In this document: positions 1 to 10,558 of the stretch, one piece after another
Position numbering within the stretch: the first letter of the stretch is position 1
How the letters are laid out: the number at the start of each line of letters is the position of its first letter
Origin: an uncultured Clostridium sp.
GTDB taxonomy: Bacteria; Bacillota; Clostridia; TANB77; CAG-508
Length of the DNA: 64,000 bases
Reading direction: 5' to 3'
Assembly (NCBI GenBank): GCA_949467015.1
Contig: CASVZF010000002.1
Coordinates: 2,856-66,855, forward strand
The notes under the pieces: generated by a model
What the model was told of the DNA's origin: nothing
The model's input: only the letters and a program-made list of their open reading frames with translations
The model's database searches: none
Position numbers and translations under genes: made by a program

Positions 1-1101
1 TTATTGTTATGATTATTAATACAAATAGGTTTTTTAATATTTTCTAATGTTGCCATATTAGGAGATGTTAAAATTGTTTGAGATACATCTTTCCCTACTC
101 TACCTCTCTTATTTATATTATTAGGATAAGAAATATTAATTGAATCTCCTATTTTAGCTTTTGCATAACCTTGCTTTGTACCTTCTTTAACCAATACAAA
201 TGGCTGCTTATTTCCACCATCAGACATAGTTGTAAGTGTTGGAGATAATCCATTTATGTCATAAATACTTCCTGCTTGATGTTTCTTTTCTTCTGTATCA
301 TACATTCCAGCAATTCTTTCTACATTAGCTTTTTCAGCTATATATTGATTATTTCTTCCATCCATTTTGTGATAACCTGCAATTAAGCAAGAGGACACAT
401 CTGGATTTTTCATATTTCTTATTAATTTATTACTTTTTTTAATCAATCTTCCTATTGCTTTCTCTGAAAGATAATATTTTTCATCAACAGTATCTTCTAA
501 AAAATCTTTAAGTTTCCACATTAAAGGCATTTCTTGTGGAAAACAGAATCCACTTTGTGCAATATCATTACGAATAGATACTATGAAAACTCTTTCTCTA
601 TTCTGTGGAATTCCATAATTTTTAGCATTTAATACTTGCCAATAGTTTGTATATCCAAGTTCTGATAAATCTCTTAATATCGAATTAAATTGTTCTTTAA
701 ATCTTTTACTTGTAAGATTTTTAACATTTTCAATAATACTATACTTAGGTCTTTTCTCTTTTAAAATTTTGTAACCTTCGTAGTATAGTCCACTTCGTGT
801 TTCTCCTTTTTTGATTCCTTGCATTTTACCGAGCAATACTAATATCTTGACATGGGAATCCCCATGTTAACATATCAAAGTCTGGTAATGTGCTTATATC
901 TATTTTTGTTATATCTCCATAGTTTTTATCTTCTGAAACATTATGAATTGCACAGTAACTTTGAACTGCAAATTTATCTATTTCAGAAAATCCTACTAAT
1001 TCGTATGGTATTCTTAATCTATCTAATGCTTTTTCAAAAGCTCCTATTCCTGAAAATAGGCTAAAAAGTTTTAACATTGTAAAATTACTCCTCCTTTGCA
1101 T
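1..1101 (-). CDS. DNA (cytosine-5)-methyltransferase, 3' end beyond window; reading frame broken at ~829-831 (extra C before GGT)
   Basis: ORF 826..1101 has motif I FSGIGAF and motif IV GFPCQDIS, then stop. Shifted frame from 824 downward reads MQGIKKGETRSGLYYEGYKILKEKRPKYSIIENV (motif VI ENV). Removing one C restores ...PCQDISIAGKMQG... Confidence 0.8.
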
Positions 1102-1133
1102 AAAAAAAGACCTCAGGGCATCCTGAGTCGAAT

Positions 1134-2777
1134 TTAAGCTACTTTAATTTCAGCATAGCTTTTATCAATTTCTTTCTTTTTATCTAGTACATACTTTTCT
1201 AATTCTGTACCAATTATATTTCCAATTAATTTATTATTTTTATCATAAATTTTATATTCCTTATCATCTACAAGATATAATGTATAAAATTGATATTTTT
1301 CATTAAATGCTGTATATTTCTTAGGAATATATATTTTTTCTTCTGTGTAAGGTAAATTTATACAAAAGCACTCATTATTAGATGATTTATAATCAATGTG
1401 ATTTCCTCCAAATTTAATACTATGTATAAATAAATTACTGTTTGAAAGTTTTTCTTCTTTAATCGTATCTAAATGATTAAGTTCTCTTTGTAAATCTAAT
1501 ACCTTTTTTTTCATTTTGTTAATATTAATTCTCTCTGATCTAGATTCCTTTATAATTTGTTTTGCATCTTCTATAGAATTAATATTTAATTCTTTCTTAA
1601 TATTCAAAAATATTTCTACTTCTGTAGGTAAAACATAATCTTTAATTAATTCTTTATATGACATAGCATATTCATAATCTTGATATAATCGTATATAATC
1701 TTGTGCTTTTTCTGTTCTTTCAATTATTTTATTAAAATCATCTTTGTTCTTTTTTAATATTACATTTAAAGATTTTATTTCAGATCTTTTAAGATTGATT
1801 TGGTATTCTATATCATCAAAAGATTTTATATTGTATTTATCTAAATATTCGAGTTGCTGCTTCAATTTATAATATCTTTTTAGCTCTTGATATTTAGTTT
1901 TTTGATACTCACTATATATTTTTCCTTCTGTAGATAATTGACTTTTTTCTATTGCTATTTTAGATTCATTTGCCATTGATAGTAAATTATTATTAAAATT
2001 ATTTATAGAAACTTTTATTCCAGATAATTTAATATTATTTTGTGTCTTATAATATTCATATAGGTTTTGTTCACTAAATCTTTCATCAATAGTAGATAAT
2101 CTTGCAAATCTCTGCATACCTATTATTTTAACTGCAATATTTTTTCCTCTTTTTATTTCATATCCCAATATAGATAATTCTTCTAATAATTCTTCAATAC
2201 TATTACATTTTTGAATTAAAGGTTCAACATCTTCTTTTATTTTTTGTTTCCAAGTTTGTTCTTTGTATTGATAATAGTAATCTTTATTTTTAATTTTACT
2301 AAAAGTTCTTTTAGGCATAATATAACATCCATATTCTGCTGCTATTTTATCGCTGGTATCACTTAATCCATATAATCCTTCTTTTTCATTTCCTAATCTA
2401 TCATCTAATTTTCTACCATTTAAGTTTATAGCATTTATAGATATATGGTTATGTATATGTCCTCTATCTGTATGAGTACTTATAACACATTGAAAATCTG
2501 GATATAGTTCTTCGCAAAGTCTTTTCCCAATTTCATTAGCTTGTTCTGGTGTTATAGTATCATGGGGAGAGAAACTCTGTATAATATGATAAGCAACTCT
2601 ATTTCCAGTCATTTCTAAATCATCTTGTGTTCTTATAAAATCAGATAATGCAGTTTCTACATCACAATTTATCGCAGATTCAACAGCAACTTTTGCACCA
2701 TGATGTTTTTTATCCAGGATATAATATATTAAGTCTTTGGGTGAACCATAGTGAGGTAGTCTTTTAGTATAGGGCAT
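1134..2777 (-). CDS. conjugative relaxase, MobA/MobL (Relaxase/mobilisation nuclease) family
   Basis: 547 aa; three-His motif HTDRGHIHNHISIN; sits directly downstream of a MobC-like gene. Confidence 0.8.
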   Translation of the reverse strand: MPYTKRLPHYGSPKDLIYYILDKKHHGAKVAVESAINCDVETALSDFIRTQDDLEMTGNRVAYHIIQSFSPHDTITPEQANEIGKRLCEELYPDFQCVISTHTDRGHIHNHISINAINLNGRKLDDRLGNEKEGLYGLSDTSDKIAAEYGCYIMPKRTFSKIKNKDYYYQYKEQTWKQKIKEDVEPLIQKCNSIEELLEELSILGYEIKRGKNIAVKIIGMQRFARLSTIDERFSEQNLYEYYKTQNNIKLSGIKVSINNFNNNLLSMANESKIAIEKSQLSTEGKIYSEYQKTKYQELKRYYKLKQQLEYLDKYNIKSFDDIEYQINLKRSEIKSLNVILKKNKDDFNKIIERTEKAQDYIRLYQDYEYAMSYKELIKDYVLPTEVEIFLNIKKELNINSIEDAKQIIKESRSERININKMKKKVLDLQRELNHLDTIKEEKLSNSNLFIHSIKFGGNHIDYKSSNNECFCINLPYTEEKIYIPKKYTAFNEKYQFYTLYLVDDKEYKIYDKNNKLIGNIIGTELEKYVLDKKKEIDKSYAEIKVA

Positions 2778-2779
2778 AG

Positions 2780-3190
2780 TTATTCCTCCATTTTCTTTTC
2801 ATGTTGAATTTGTTGCCAAACTTTTAAACTTAATTTTTCATCAATTAGTTTTAACATCGCATCTTGTTTTCTCATAATATTAGATATGAAAACATTTATA
2901 TTTTGTGTAATTTCTACATCCATCATAGTTCCATATTTAATTATATTTCTTAGTTCTTTTACAATCTTCTTTAATTCTTTGGTATTTTGTGCATAGGCTT
3001 TATAAATTAAATTTTTATTTTCTACATCAACACAAGTAACTTTTTCATAAACTGCAGCATCTATTAAATATTTAGATAAGTTTTTATATCCATAAATTTT
3101 TGCTTTAGCTTTTACTAACGATTCCTCAAATTCATTAACTCTAGCTTTAATTATTTTTGTTCTATTACTTTGATTAGTATCAGTATTCAT
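2780..3190 (-). CDS. MobC-like relaxosome accessory protein
   Basis: 136 aa; IIKARVNEFEESLVKAKAKIYGYKNLSKYL resembles the MobC RHH-like consensus; immediately upstream of and abutting the relaxase. Confidence 0.55.
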   Translation of the reverse strand: MNTDTNQSNRTKIIKARVNEFEESLVKAKAKIYGYKNLSKYLIDAAVYEKVTCVDVENKNLIYKAYAQNTKELKKIVKELRNIIKYGTMMDVEITQNINVFISNIMRKQDAMLKLIDEKLSLKVWQQIQHEKKMEE

Positions 3191-3214
3191 ATTACATACT
3201 TCCTTTCAAAAAAA

Positions 3215-3246
3215 TAAGAAGTAGAATCTTAATTTCTCTACTTCAA
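3215..3246 (-). terminator. inverted repeat (GAAGTAGA..TCTCTACTTC) plus T-run downstream of 3250..3858 and just upstream of mobC; terminator or alternative oriT candidate
   Basis: stem-loop seen directly in the sequence, followed on the minus strand by TTATTTTTTTG. Confidence 0.35.
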
Positions 3247-3249
3247 ATA

Positions 3250-3858
3250 TTAAAAAATATCGTATGGATAACCAGCTTTAATATATTCTTCTGTTAGTTC
3301 CATTTTATAATTTTCTAGTAATTTCAAATATTTTTGTTTAAAGCAATTTTTACATAACCACTCTATACCTTCTTTAGATATTTTATATTTACCATTTTCA
3401 ATAGTCCTATAGTTTTTATTGAATTGTAGCATTTTTCTAATCCCCCTTCTTATAGTCGGATCAAGACTTCTACTAAAATATGATTGTAATTCATCCACAT
3501 ACATATCTTTAGTCCATAAAATTTTAGGAGTTACTTGTAATAATTCTTCATATAGTTTTATTCTAGTTGTAAAGAATTCTATATCCATATCTATTAAAGA
3601 TTTTTCACTTTGAAAATACACATACGTTAACCAGTAATAACCTTCAATTAAAATATAATGTTTTTTTCCTTTAGACTTCTGACACTTCCATCTACAAGTA
3701 GGATGCTTTTTTAACATAACATCAACTGCTTTTCTTAAGTCCTTGTGAGTTACTTCTTTGCCTCCCTTAGTTCGTATGTTTAATATTTTTAATCTGTATA
3801 AAATTCTATCGTATGATATAAAAATCTTTTCTAATTCTTTTTCTGTATTTGAAATCAT
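3250..3858 (-). CDS. hypothetical protein
   Basis: 202-aa ORF; ends ...KAGYPYDIF. Confidence 0.5.
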   Translation of the reverse strand: MISNTEKELEKIFISYDRILYRLKILNIRTKGGKEVTHKDLRKAVDVMLKKHPTCRWKCQKSKGKKHYILIEGYYWLTYVYFQSEKSLIDMDIEFFTTRIKLYEELLQVTPKILWTKDMYVDELQSYFSRSLDPTIRRGIRKMLQFNKNYRTIENGKYKISKEGIEWLCKNCFKQKYLKLLENYKMELTEEYIKAGYPYDIF

Positions 3859-3866
3859 AAATCTCC

Positions 3867-4406
3867 TTAATATTTATCTATATATTTATGATGAAAACTT
3901 TTTTGTTGGATTATATATTTCTTATCACTTACTTTGCTAATCCATTCATTAAATTGTTCTATATCATTATAATTTAATGGTGTTAGTAATCTTTGTTCAT
4001 AAATATTGTACCAACCTCTATCAGTTTCTTCTTTAGTTGCATTATCTGGTATCATTTCAGTATGATCTTCTGGGCAATATAATGTATTATTTACCTCTTT
4101 GATAATATTTTTATAAAATAATCTTACCTTTTTCTTATATTCATTAATATCATCAATTTGTAACTCATTAAAGTTCACAAAATCATATTTAATTTCTTCT
4201 TTACTATTCAATGTATTTGTTTTAATACAAACTTGTATATCTTTATCAATATATAATCTAAAAAATACTTCAAACTTTTTTATTGTGAATATGTATTTCT
4301 TATTTTTTAATAAAGATATTTTTCCTTTATAAATTGAATTACACTCGTTAAAAATTTTTTCTATTTCATTTTTATTAAAATTTTCTATTTGTTCTTTAAT
4401 ATCCAT
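3867..4406 (-). CDS. hypothetical protein
   Basis: 179-aa ORF with a RBS-like AAGGAAGGTGA upstream. Confidence 0.5.
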   Translation of the reverse strand: MDIKEQIENFNKNEIEKIFNECNSIYKGKISLLKNKKYIFTIKKFEVFFRLYIDKDIQVCIKTNTLNSKEEIKYDFVNFNELQIDDINEYKKKVRLFYKNIIKEVNNTLYCPEDHTEMIPDNATKEETDRGWYNIYEQRLLTPLNYNDIEQFNEWISKVSDKKYIIQQKSFHHKYIDKY

Positions 4407-4439
4407 ATAGAATCACCTTCCTTAACTTAAATAAAAAAT

Positions 4440-4600
4440 AATAATACTAGCAAAGCGTAGTATTATTATAAAAGCAAAATTTTATTTTGCGTCGAATAAG
4501 GGCGGTCGTTTTTAGTGCCCTTTATTCGCCAGCATGGTCCGTTGGACCACAAATCGCTGTTTAGGGAAAAATCCCTAAGACCCTTTTAGCCCGCTGGGAG
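4440..4600 (-). other. GC-rich structured intergenic island; candidate oriT or cis-regulatory RNA
   Basis: four consecutive hairpins: AATAATACTA/TAGTATTATT, GAATAAGGGC/GCCCTTTATTC, TGGTCC/GGACCA and TTAGGGA/TCCCTAA. Contains TAGTGCCCTTT, reminiscent of pC221/RSF1010-type nic cores (GTGCGCCCT). GC far above the flanks. Confidence 0.35.
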
Positions 4601-4641
4601 AAAATTTTTTGTGTTATTTTTTTAAAAAAGAGAGAAAATTT

Positions 4642-5580
4642 TTAATCATAATCGTAGTCAATATCTTCTTTATTATTTATAATATTTTCATTCATAACTT
4701 GATTTTCAGCATAAATTTTTTTATTAGATAAATCATAATAATCATTTATATCTTGAATTAAACCTTCATACAAACCTTCTCTTAAAGAAGGTTCTAGAGA
4801 TAGTTCTTTTGTAACATTGTTATACTTCATATAGGTTTCATTTGTATTTATATTATACAGTTTCCAAGAATCATTATCATCAATTTTCTCAATTCTAAGC
4901 CACATATATTCATCATATTTCATTCCCTTTTCAACAAAATTCTGTAGAAACTTTTTAAAATTCGAATCTCCAATTTGTTTAGAATAATCATATTTTATAA
5001 AAGATTCTAGCTCTGTTTCTGTCATCATTTTTGCATTACAATTTATAGATTTTATATTGTCTTTACAAATAGAAATTTTACTTTGCCAATCTTCATTTAG
5101 TTCAGGTTCAGAGTAAAAATTAGGTGAATCCCAATTACTTCCCATGTCCCATTTCATATATTTTGTTGGTGTTAAAATATTCATATCATAATCTGTAAAG
5201 CAAAACTTGATTTCTCCAGTTTCTTGATAACAATCTATAAATAATTTTCCATCATTGTTATCTTGGTCTATAAATATATAATCATTTATTTCAGATTTAT
5301 TTCTAGAACAACTCTCTCTTACTTCTTCAAGTATATCTATGCTTAAAGCCACATCTTGCATATCAAAATTAATATCAAAAAATTTGCCTATTTTCTCTTG
5401 CACAGTATCTTGATTTATGTATTCCATATAACCTTTAATGTAGTCAATTCCATATCTAGCTCGTGAAATCATCCTTTCTCCATAGTTCCATTGAAAATAT
5501 TTTGCGATTAATGTTTGATTATTATCTTTATCATTAATTCTTATATATATTTGACTTCTTTGTCCCATTCTACTACTCAC
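4642..5580 (-). CDS. hypothetical protein with C-terminal DIDYDYD tail
   Basis: 312-aa ORF, acidic, ends ...KEDIDYDYD. Confidence 0.55.
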   Translation of the reverse strand: MSSRMGQRSQIYIRINDKDNNQTLIAKYFQWNYGERMISRARYGIDYIKGYMEYINQDTVQEKIGKFFDINFDMQDVALSIDILEEVRESCSRNKSEINDYIFIDQDNNDGKLFIDCYQETGEIKFCFTDYDMNILTPTKYMKWDMGSNWDSPNFYSEPELNEDWQSKISICKDNIKSINCNAKMMTETELESFIKYDYSKQIGDSNFKKFLQNFVEKGMKYDEYMWLRIEKIDDNDSWKLYNINTNETYMKYNNVTKELSLEPSLREGLYEGLIQDINDYYDLSNKKIYAENQVMNENIINNKEDIDYDYD

Positions 5581-5648
5581 TATCCTTTCAAAGTTAAATA
5601 AAAGATAGACAGAATTAATTTTCTATCTATCTTTTATCCTTATATTTT

Positions 5649-6626
5649 TTAATAACTAATTTCATTTTCTAGCTCAATTTTATTTCTATTTTCTTTCGTT
5701 AATTTTTCATAAGTTTCATAAATTGATTCTATATTTTCTGTTATAACTTTAATACCATTCCAAGCACTTGTATCTATTTTTATTTGAGAATTATCTTCAA
5801 AAGTTATTGTTGTTAAATACTTTCCATCTGAAATATCTTCTGTATAAACACTCATATATTTTATATTTAATTTATCCATTATTTCTTTATAAAGTGATGA
5901 CATTGGTATTAATCCTACATCATTATCATTGCCATAATCCATGAGATTTCTTATTTCATTTTCCTTAAAATATTCAATAACTTTAGAAAGAGATATATCA
6001 TAATAACTAGGTAAAGTTTCTTTATAATCGTTAATAAAATCATCATACGTTATCAATCCACAAGCTAATTGTATAATTTCTCTATTAAAATTATAATTTT
6101 CTCTTGATTCTAAACTGTCATATTTTTGATTATATATAATATCCTTTGTATTAAAATATAAGTCTAATGAATTTTCAAACTCATCTAATTGCTCTAATGA
6201 AAAACAATCAAAAAAATCAAATATTTTTTCATTTGATACAGCATATTTTTCTATTAAAGGATAGTTATCTTTTACCATAAATCCATATCCTATTTCTTTC
6301 AATTCATCAAAACTAATATAGAAATTCCATTTACCATTTACATCAAATAATTCTAAATCATTCAGATCATAAGCAATTTCATCTTTTATTGTTTCATAAA
6401 AAAAATCTTTATAAGAGTCATATTCATAAAGTTGAAAATTATTATCTAGATATTTTGTATAATTATCTATTGTAATTTTTCCATTTTCTTTTAATTCAAT
6501 GTATTCATCTTCAATAAAAATATGGAAAATTTTATTATTTTTTTCTAAAAGCATTTCTTTTGACATTGTTCCAATATATTTTCTACAAACACTTTTATAA
6601 AAATTTTCATCTTTATTTTTATCCAT
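5649..6626 (-). CDS. hypothetical protein
   Basis: 325-aa ORF. Confidence 0.55.
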   Translation of the reverse strand: MDKNKDENFYKSVCRKYIGTMSKEMLLEKNNKIFHIFIEDEYIELKENGKITIDNYTKYLDNNFQLYEYDSYKDFFYETIKDEIAYDLNDLELFDVNGKWNFYISFDELKEIGYGFMVKDNYPLIEKYAVSNEKIFDFFDCFSLEQLDEFENSLDLYFNTKDIIYNQKYDSLESRENYNFNREIIQLACGLITYDDFINDYKETLPSYYDISLSKVIEYFKENEIRNLMDYGNDNDVGLIPMSSLYKEIMDKLNIKYMSVYTEDISDGKYLTTITFEDNSQIKIDTSAWNGIKVITENIESIYETYEKLTKENRNKIELENEISY

Positions 6627-6652
6627 AGCATCAACTCCATTTTTCTAAATTT

Positions 6653-7432
6653 TTAAATATCGTTATTTATCTCAATATCATTTTTTTTAATATTTTCTTG
6701 TATTATTTCTTGAAACCAATTTGAATAGATTTCTTTTGTTTCTTCATCTAATATTTTTAAACTTTCACCAGTTTTTATATAACTTTCGTATGTTCTTTTT
6801 ATATAATCGAAATCATTATCTTGTATTAATCCTTCAATATCTTCCTCATCTATAAAATAATCAAACATTCTAAAATAAACTCTATCAAGAATCTTATCAA
6901 ATGTTGTATTTTCTTCAAAATCAAAAGTATTGCATTGTTCATCTTTTATGTTATATTTTCCATCTGGATATTTAGTAATAGACCATTCATAAAAATCTAA
7001 AAAAGTATCTAAATCAGAAGCACTTTTTTTATCTTGTAACTCATTTTCAAAATTCGTATATTCATAATTCATTTTAAATAATTCTTCTTTATTACAAGCT
7101 CTTATTAATTCATCAATACTTAATATTTTCATTTCACTATCATATTCTAAATAGTCTTTCCTATTTCCCCATGTAAAACCTTTACTCCATTGAAATTCAA
7201 TGCAAGTATCATTTCTATTTCCATTATTTAGATCTACATAGTGCCAAAATTCATCTTCTGAAAATTCATTAAATTCTTTGTTATAACAACAATTTTTTTC
7301 AAACTGTTCTGTATATTCTTTTAAGAATCCTACACTTTTCATTAATTCTATAAATTTATAAAGATCATCATCATAACTTCTCCTAATTTTCACAACAGCA
7401 GCAAAGTTTAAAAATTCTTCCATTTCATTCAT
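6653..7432 (-). CDS. hypothetical acidic protein
   Basis: 259-aa ORF, very D/E/F/Y rich, ends ...DIEINNDI. Confidence 0.55.
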   Translation of the reverse strand: MNEMEEFLNFAAVVKIRRSYDDDLYKFIELMKSVGFLKEYTEQFEKNCCYNKEFNEFSEDEFWHYVDLNNGNRNDTCIEFQWSKGFTWGNRKDYLEYDSEMKILSIDELIRACNKEELFKMNYEYTNFENELQDKKSASDLDTFLDFYEWSITKYPDGKYNIKDEQCNTFDFEENTTFDKILDRVYFRMFDYFIDEEDIEGLIQDNDFDYIKRTYESYIKTGESLKILDEETKEIYSNWFQEIIQENIKKNDIEINNDI

Positions 7433-7449
7433 TGTTTTATTTTCTCCTT

Positions 7450-8022
7450 TTAATAATCATAATCTACATCTTCACAATTATCAGTTATATTTTTATTTAA
7501 CTCATTTGATTTATAAACATCTAATGTATCAATAGGTATATCTTCATCTATTTTTTTATCGAAACTCTTTCTTGTATTATTTATACATTCTTCATAGTCA
7601 GAAATAAATAATTGATTTGGTTTTAAAATATAAGTACCATTATCACAAACTATTTTTACATCTTTGTTTGATAAATTTTTTATATAATTACTATCACTTG
7701 TATAAATATAACCTTTTTTAGAATCTCTAAAAAAACTATATTGATTATCCTTTTTATAGTAATCAAAATATTTAATTCCTTTATCATCTATATAAGGATT
7801 TTTCTGCTCATCTGCTTTATAAAACATTACTTTATCTTGATAATTATGATGTGTTTTATCAAATGCTAGTACCATATCTTTAAATTCTTGTAGAGTTGAT
7901 ACTTTTTGAAAAACTTTAACAACATCTTTTCCATAACAATCTAATCCCATTCCACCATTAAATTCAGTTGATTTCCAAACTTCATTATCACTTACTATTA
8001 CAAACATTGTTCCTCTGTGCAT
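7450..8022 (-). CDS. hypothetical protein with C-terminal DVDYDY tail
   Basis: 190-aa ORF, ends ...CEDVDYDY. Confidence 0.55.
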   Translation of the reverse strand: MHRGTMFVIVSDNEVWKSTEFNGGMGLDCYGKDVVKVFQKVSTLQEFKDMVLAFDKTHHNYQDKVMFYKADEQKNPYIDDKGIKYFDYYKKDNQYSFFRDSKKGYIYTSDSNYIKNLSNKDVKIVCDNGTYILKPNQLFISDYEECINNTRKSFDKKIDEDIPIDTLDVYKSNELNKNITDNCEDVDYDY

Positions 8023-8036
8023 ATAATCCCTCCTTC

Positions 8037-10052
8037 TTAAACATAATCGTAATCATAGTCTAGTTCAATTTTTTGTGTTTTACTATCATGCAATATGTTT
8101 TTCTCTTTTAAAAATTCAATTAATTTATCTATTTTTTTATTTATTAAATTTCTTTCTTCACCTTCTGGAAATGCTTTAATTAACTCTAATTCATTATCTT
8201 TATTTGTAACAAGTCCTAATGCAAGATCAGCATGCCCACATAGATAATCACTTTTATAATCTAATTTATCACTAACATAACAAGCAAAAGCACGAGCAAA
8301 CATTTCTATTTTACTTTGCCAATAACCATGTTCTGTCTTAGAATACATATCATCAAATATTATTGAATTTTTATAAAAATCTGTTTTTACTCTTACTGGT
8401 TTTCCTATTTGATTTTTGTTATGAAAGATGTAGTTTTGCAAGTGTGCAATATTAATTCTTTCATCTTTTGAAATTGCTCTACCTACAGTTTGCTTTCGTA
8501 AGTTTGATAATTCATCTATCTCTTTTATACCTGCTCCTGTAGAAATATAATCATAAAATTTCTCATTATTTTTTTCAGCATTATCAATTAAATCTTGTAT
8601 TAATTTATCTTTTAATTGTAATTGTTCTTTTGTAAGATGTTCTTCTGGAAAAAATGAGTTAATAACATTTTTAGTTTTATTAATGTGTTTCTCATAGTCT
8701 TGTATTTGCTTATTAGTCATTTCATCACTAGAAATCATTTTATATTGCATAGTTTCTATAATATCTTTTATAACTTCTGATGATGGATCAGAATATCTAT
8801 AATTTTCAGTTAAAAATCCATTTAATCCTAATTCTTTACCCATAAAATCATCTAGAGCATGGCCCCATTCGTGAGCTAAACTTCCTGCACCTTTCATTTT
8901 AGTTAGATTAATAACTTCTCTTAGAGGTTCATAATGAGCTAAAGCATTTCCACTACCTCTTGAGCCAAATGCAATAGATAATTTACCACCTAAAGAAATA
9001 TCTGTAGGTAAAATAGAAAGAGCTCTACTCAAATCGAGTAAAGCATCATAACCATAATTTAAGGATTGTTGTCTATCATTTTCATTAAGCCAGTTTCCAA
9101 ATTCTCCCCCTTTAAAATTAAATATTTGCATCATATCTTCACCAGTTATATCTTTATTATTTCTGTAATCTTCACCATTACGAGTAACATTTTCTAACTG
9201 TTTTGGAACAAATCTCTTTTTTCTATTTTTAGCATTAGTGGACTTATTATTAAACTTTTCTTTGTAGTTTTCTAATATGAATTTTTCTGCTGCATCTATA
9301 CTTTCTAAATTATTTTTTATAATATGCCTACCTTGTAATATAAAAATAGTATTATCTTTCCAGTTAGATGGATTACTTAATTCTCCTTCTGGATAAAGAA
9401 AATAAATACTATATCCATTTCTTAATTTCATATATGTTCTGCCATCTGATTCTTTATCAAATTCTACTTTTTCTTTGTCAAATACAAAAATATCAAAATT
9501 TGCTAATACTTTCTCATCATCAGTATAGCAGAATTGCTTTTTTCTAATTTCTCTATCTATTTGACTAAAGTTTTTTATATGACTAGCACTTAATAATTTA
9601 TTATTCATAAATTCTTTAGCAGATGGTATTACATCAACATAATAGGAATAAGCATCTTTACGAATAATATATTTGCTAATATAATCATCATAAAAATTTA
9701 AAACTTCGTTTTCTGTAGATAAATTCATAGCAGCATCTCTTAAATCAGAAACAAAATTTATATAATCTTCTAGCCTTTGTTCTATTTCTTCTTGACTAAG
9801 ACTATATCTTAAAAATGTAGGCTTTGTTGGAAGTGAATCTCTTATTGTTTTTATAAAATAAGCGACTCTAGTAGGTAATCCTTGTTCTATCATTTCTTGA
9901 TAATTAGGTTTTTTCCATATATTATCTTTAGTTATTAATTTACTTTTTTCTGCATCATTCATCTCGAGTAAATCCTCTATTGAAAGACCTCTTTCTTTCC
10001 ATAAATCTTTTTTTGCACCACCAATTTTTTCTCCAAAATCTTGTATCTCCAT
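8037..10052 (-). CDS. HExxH zinc-metallopeptidase-domain protein (leading-region protein, ArdC/ImmA-like fold suspected), C-terminal DYDYDYV tail
   Basis: 671 aa; motif SLAHEWGHALDDFMGKELG; ends ...IELDYDYDYV. Confidence 0.6.
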   Translation of the reverse strand: MEIQDFGEKIGGAKKDLWKERGLSIEDLLEMNDAEKSKLITKDNIWKKPNYQEMIEQGLPTRVAYFIKTIRDSLPTKPTFLRYSLSQEEIEQRLEDYINFVSDLRDAAMNLSTENEVLNFYDDYISKYIIRKDAYSYYVDVIPSAKEFMNNKLLSASHIKNFSQIDREIRKKQFCYTDDEKVLANFDIFVFDKEKVEFDKESDGRTYMKLRNGYSIYFLYPEGELSNPSNWKDNTIFILQGRHIIKNNLESIDAAEKFILENYKEKFNNKSTNAKNRKKRFVPKQLENVTRNGEDYRNNKDITGEDMMQIFNFKGGEFGNWLNENDRQQSLNYGYDALLDLSRALSILPTDISLGGKLSIAFGSRGSGNALAHYEPLREVINLTKMKGAGSLAHEWGHALDDFMGKELGLNGFLTENYRYSDPSSEVIKDIIETMQYKMISSDEMTNKQIQDYEKHINKTKNVINSFFPEEHLTKEQLQLKDKLIQDLIDNAEKNNEKFYDYISTGAGIKEIDELSNLRKQTVGRAISKDERINIAHLQNYIFHNKNQIGKPVRVKTDFYKNSIIFDDMYSKTEHGYWQSKIEMFARAFACYVSDKLDYKSDYLCGHADLALGLVTNKDNELELIKAFPEGEERNLINKKIDKLIEFLKEKNILHDSKTQKIELDYDYDYV

Positions 10053-10078
10053 AAATCCTCCTTTTGAATATAAAAAAA

Positions 10079-10546
10079 CTAGGCATATTTCATTTCAAAA
10101 TCCTCTGTATTTGATTTTTGAGGTTCTGAATGATTAATTACTTGCCTAGAATTTTCTCTTTCTAAATTTTGTAATATTTGCTTATCTAAATTTAATAAGT
10201 TTTCAGACAGATTTTCTAAGGTAGAATATCTATTACTTCCACCAGTCCAATCTTTTTCATGTTCCATAGTTCTATATAAAATATTATTGGCCCATTCGTT
10301 TTTCCAATACCTAACATCTGAAATAGATAGATAATAAAATTGATTTGTCATATTGCTTTTCATTACTACTGAAAAGTCATAATGATTTTTATTAAATGAA
10401 TGTAATTCAAAGCCAATATTTTTTCCAATTTCTTTTAAAACACTTCTATAATTTCTTTGAAAATTTTTATACTCTTGTGATGTTGTTCCACCCCAATCTT
10501 CAATTTCTCTATCAAACCATGTATTTAAAAATTCCTTTACTTGCAC
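10079..10546 (-). CDS. hypothetical protein
   Basis: 155-aa ORF. Confidence 0.5.
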   Translation of the reverse strand: MQVKEFLNTWFDREIEDWGGTTSQEYKNFQRNYRSVLKEIGKNIGFELHSFNKNHYDFSVVMKSNMTNQFYYLSISDVRYWKNEWANNILYRTMEHEKDWTGGSNRYSTLENLSENLLNLDKQILQNLERENSRQVINHSEPQKSNTEDFEMKYA

Positions 10547-10558
10547 TTTAAAATCCTC

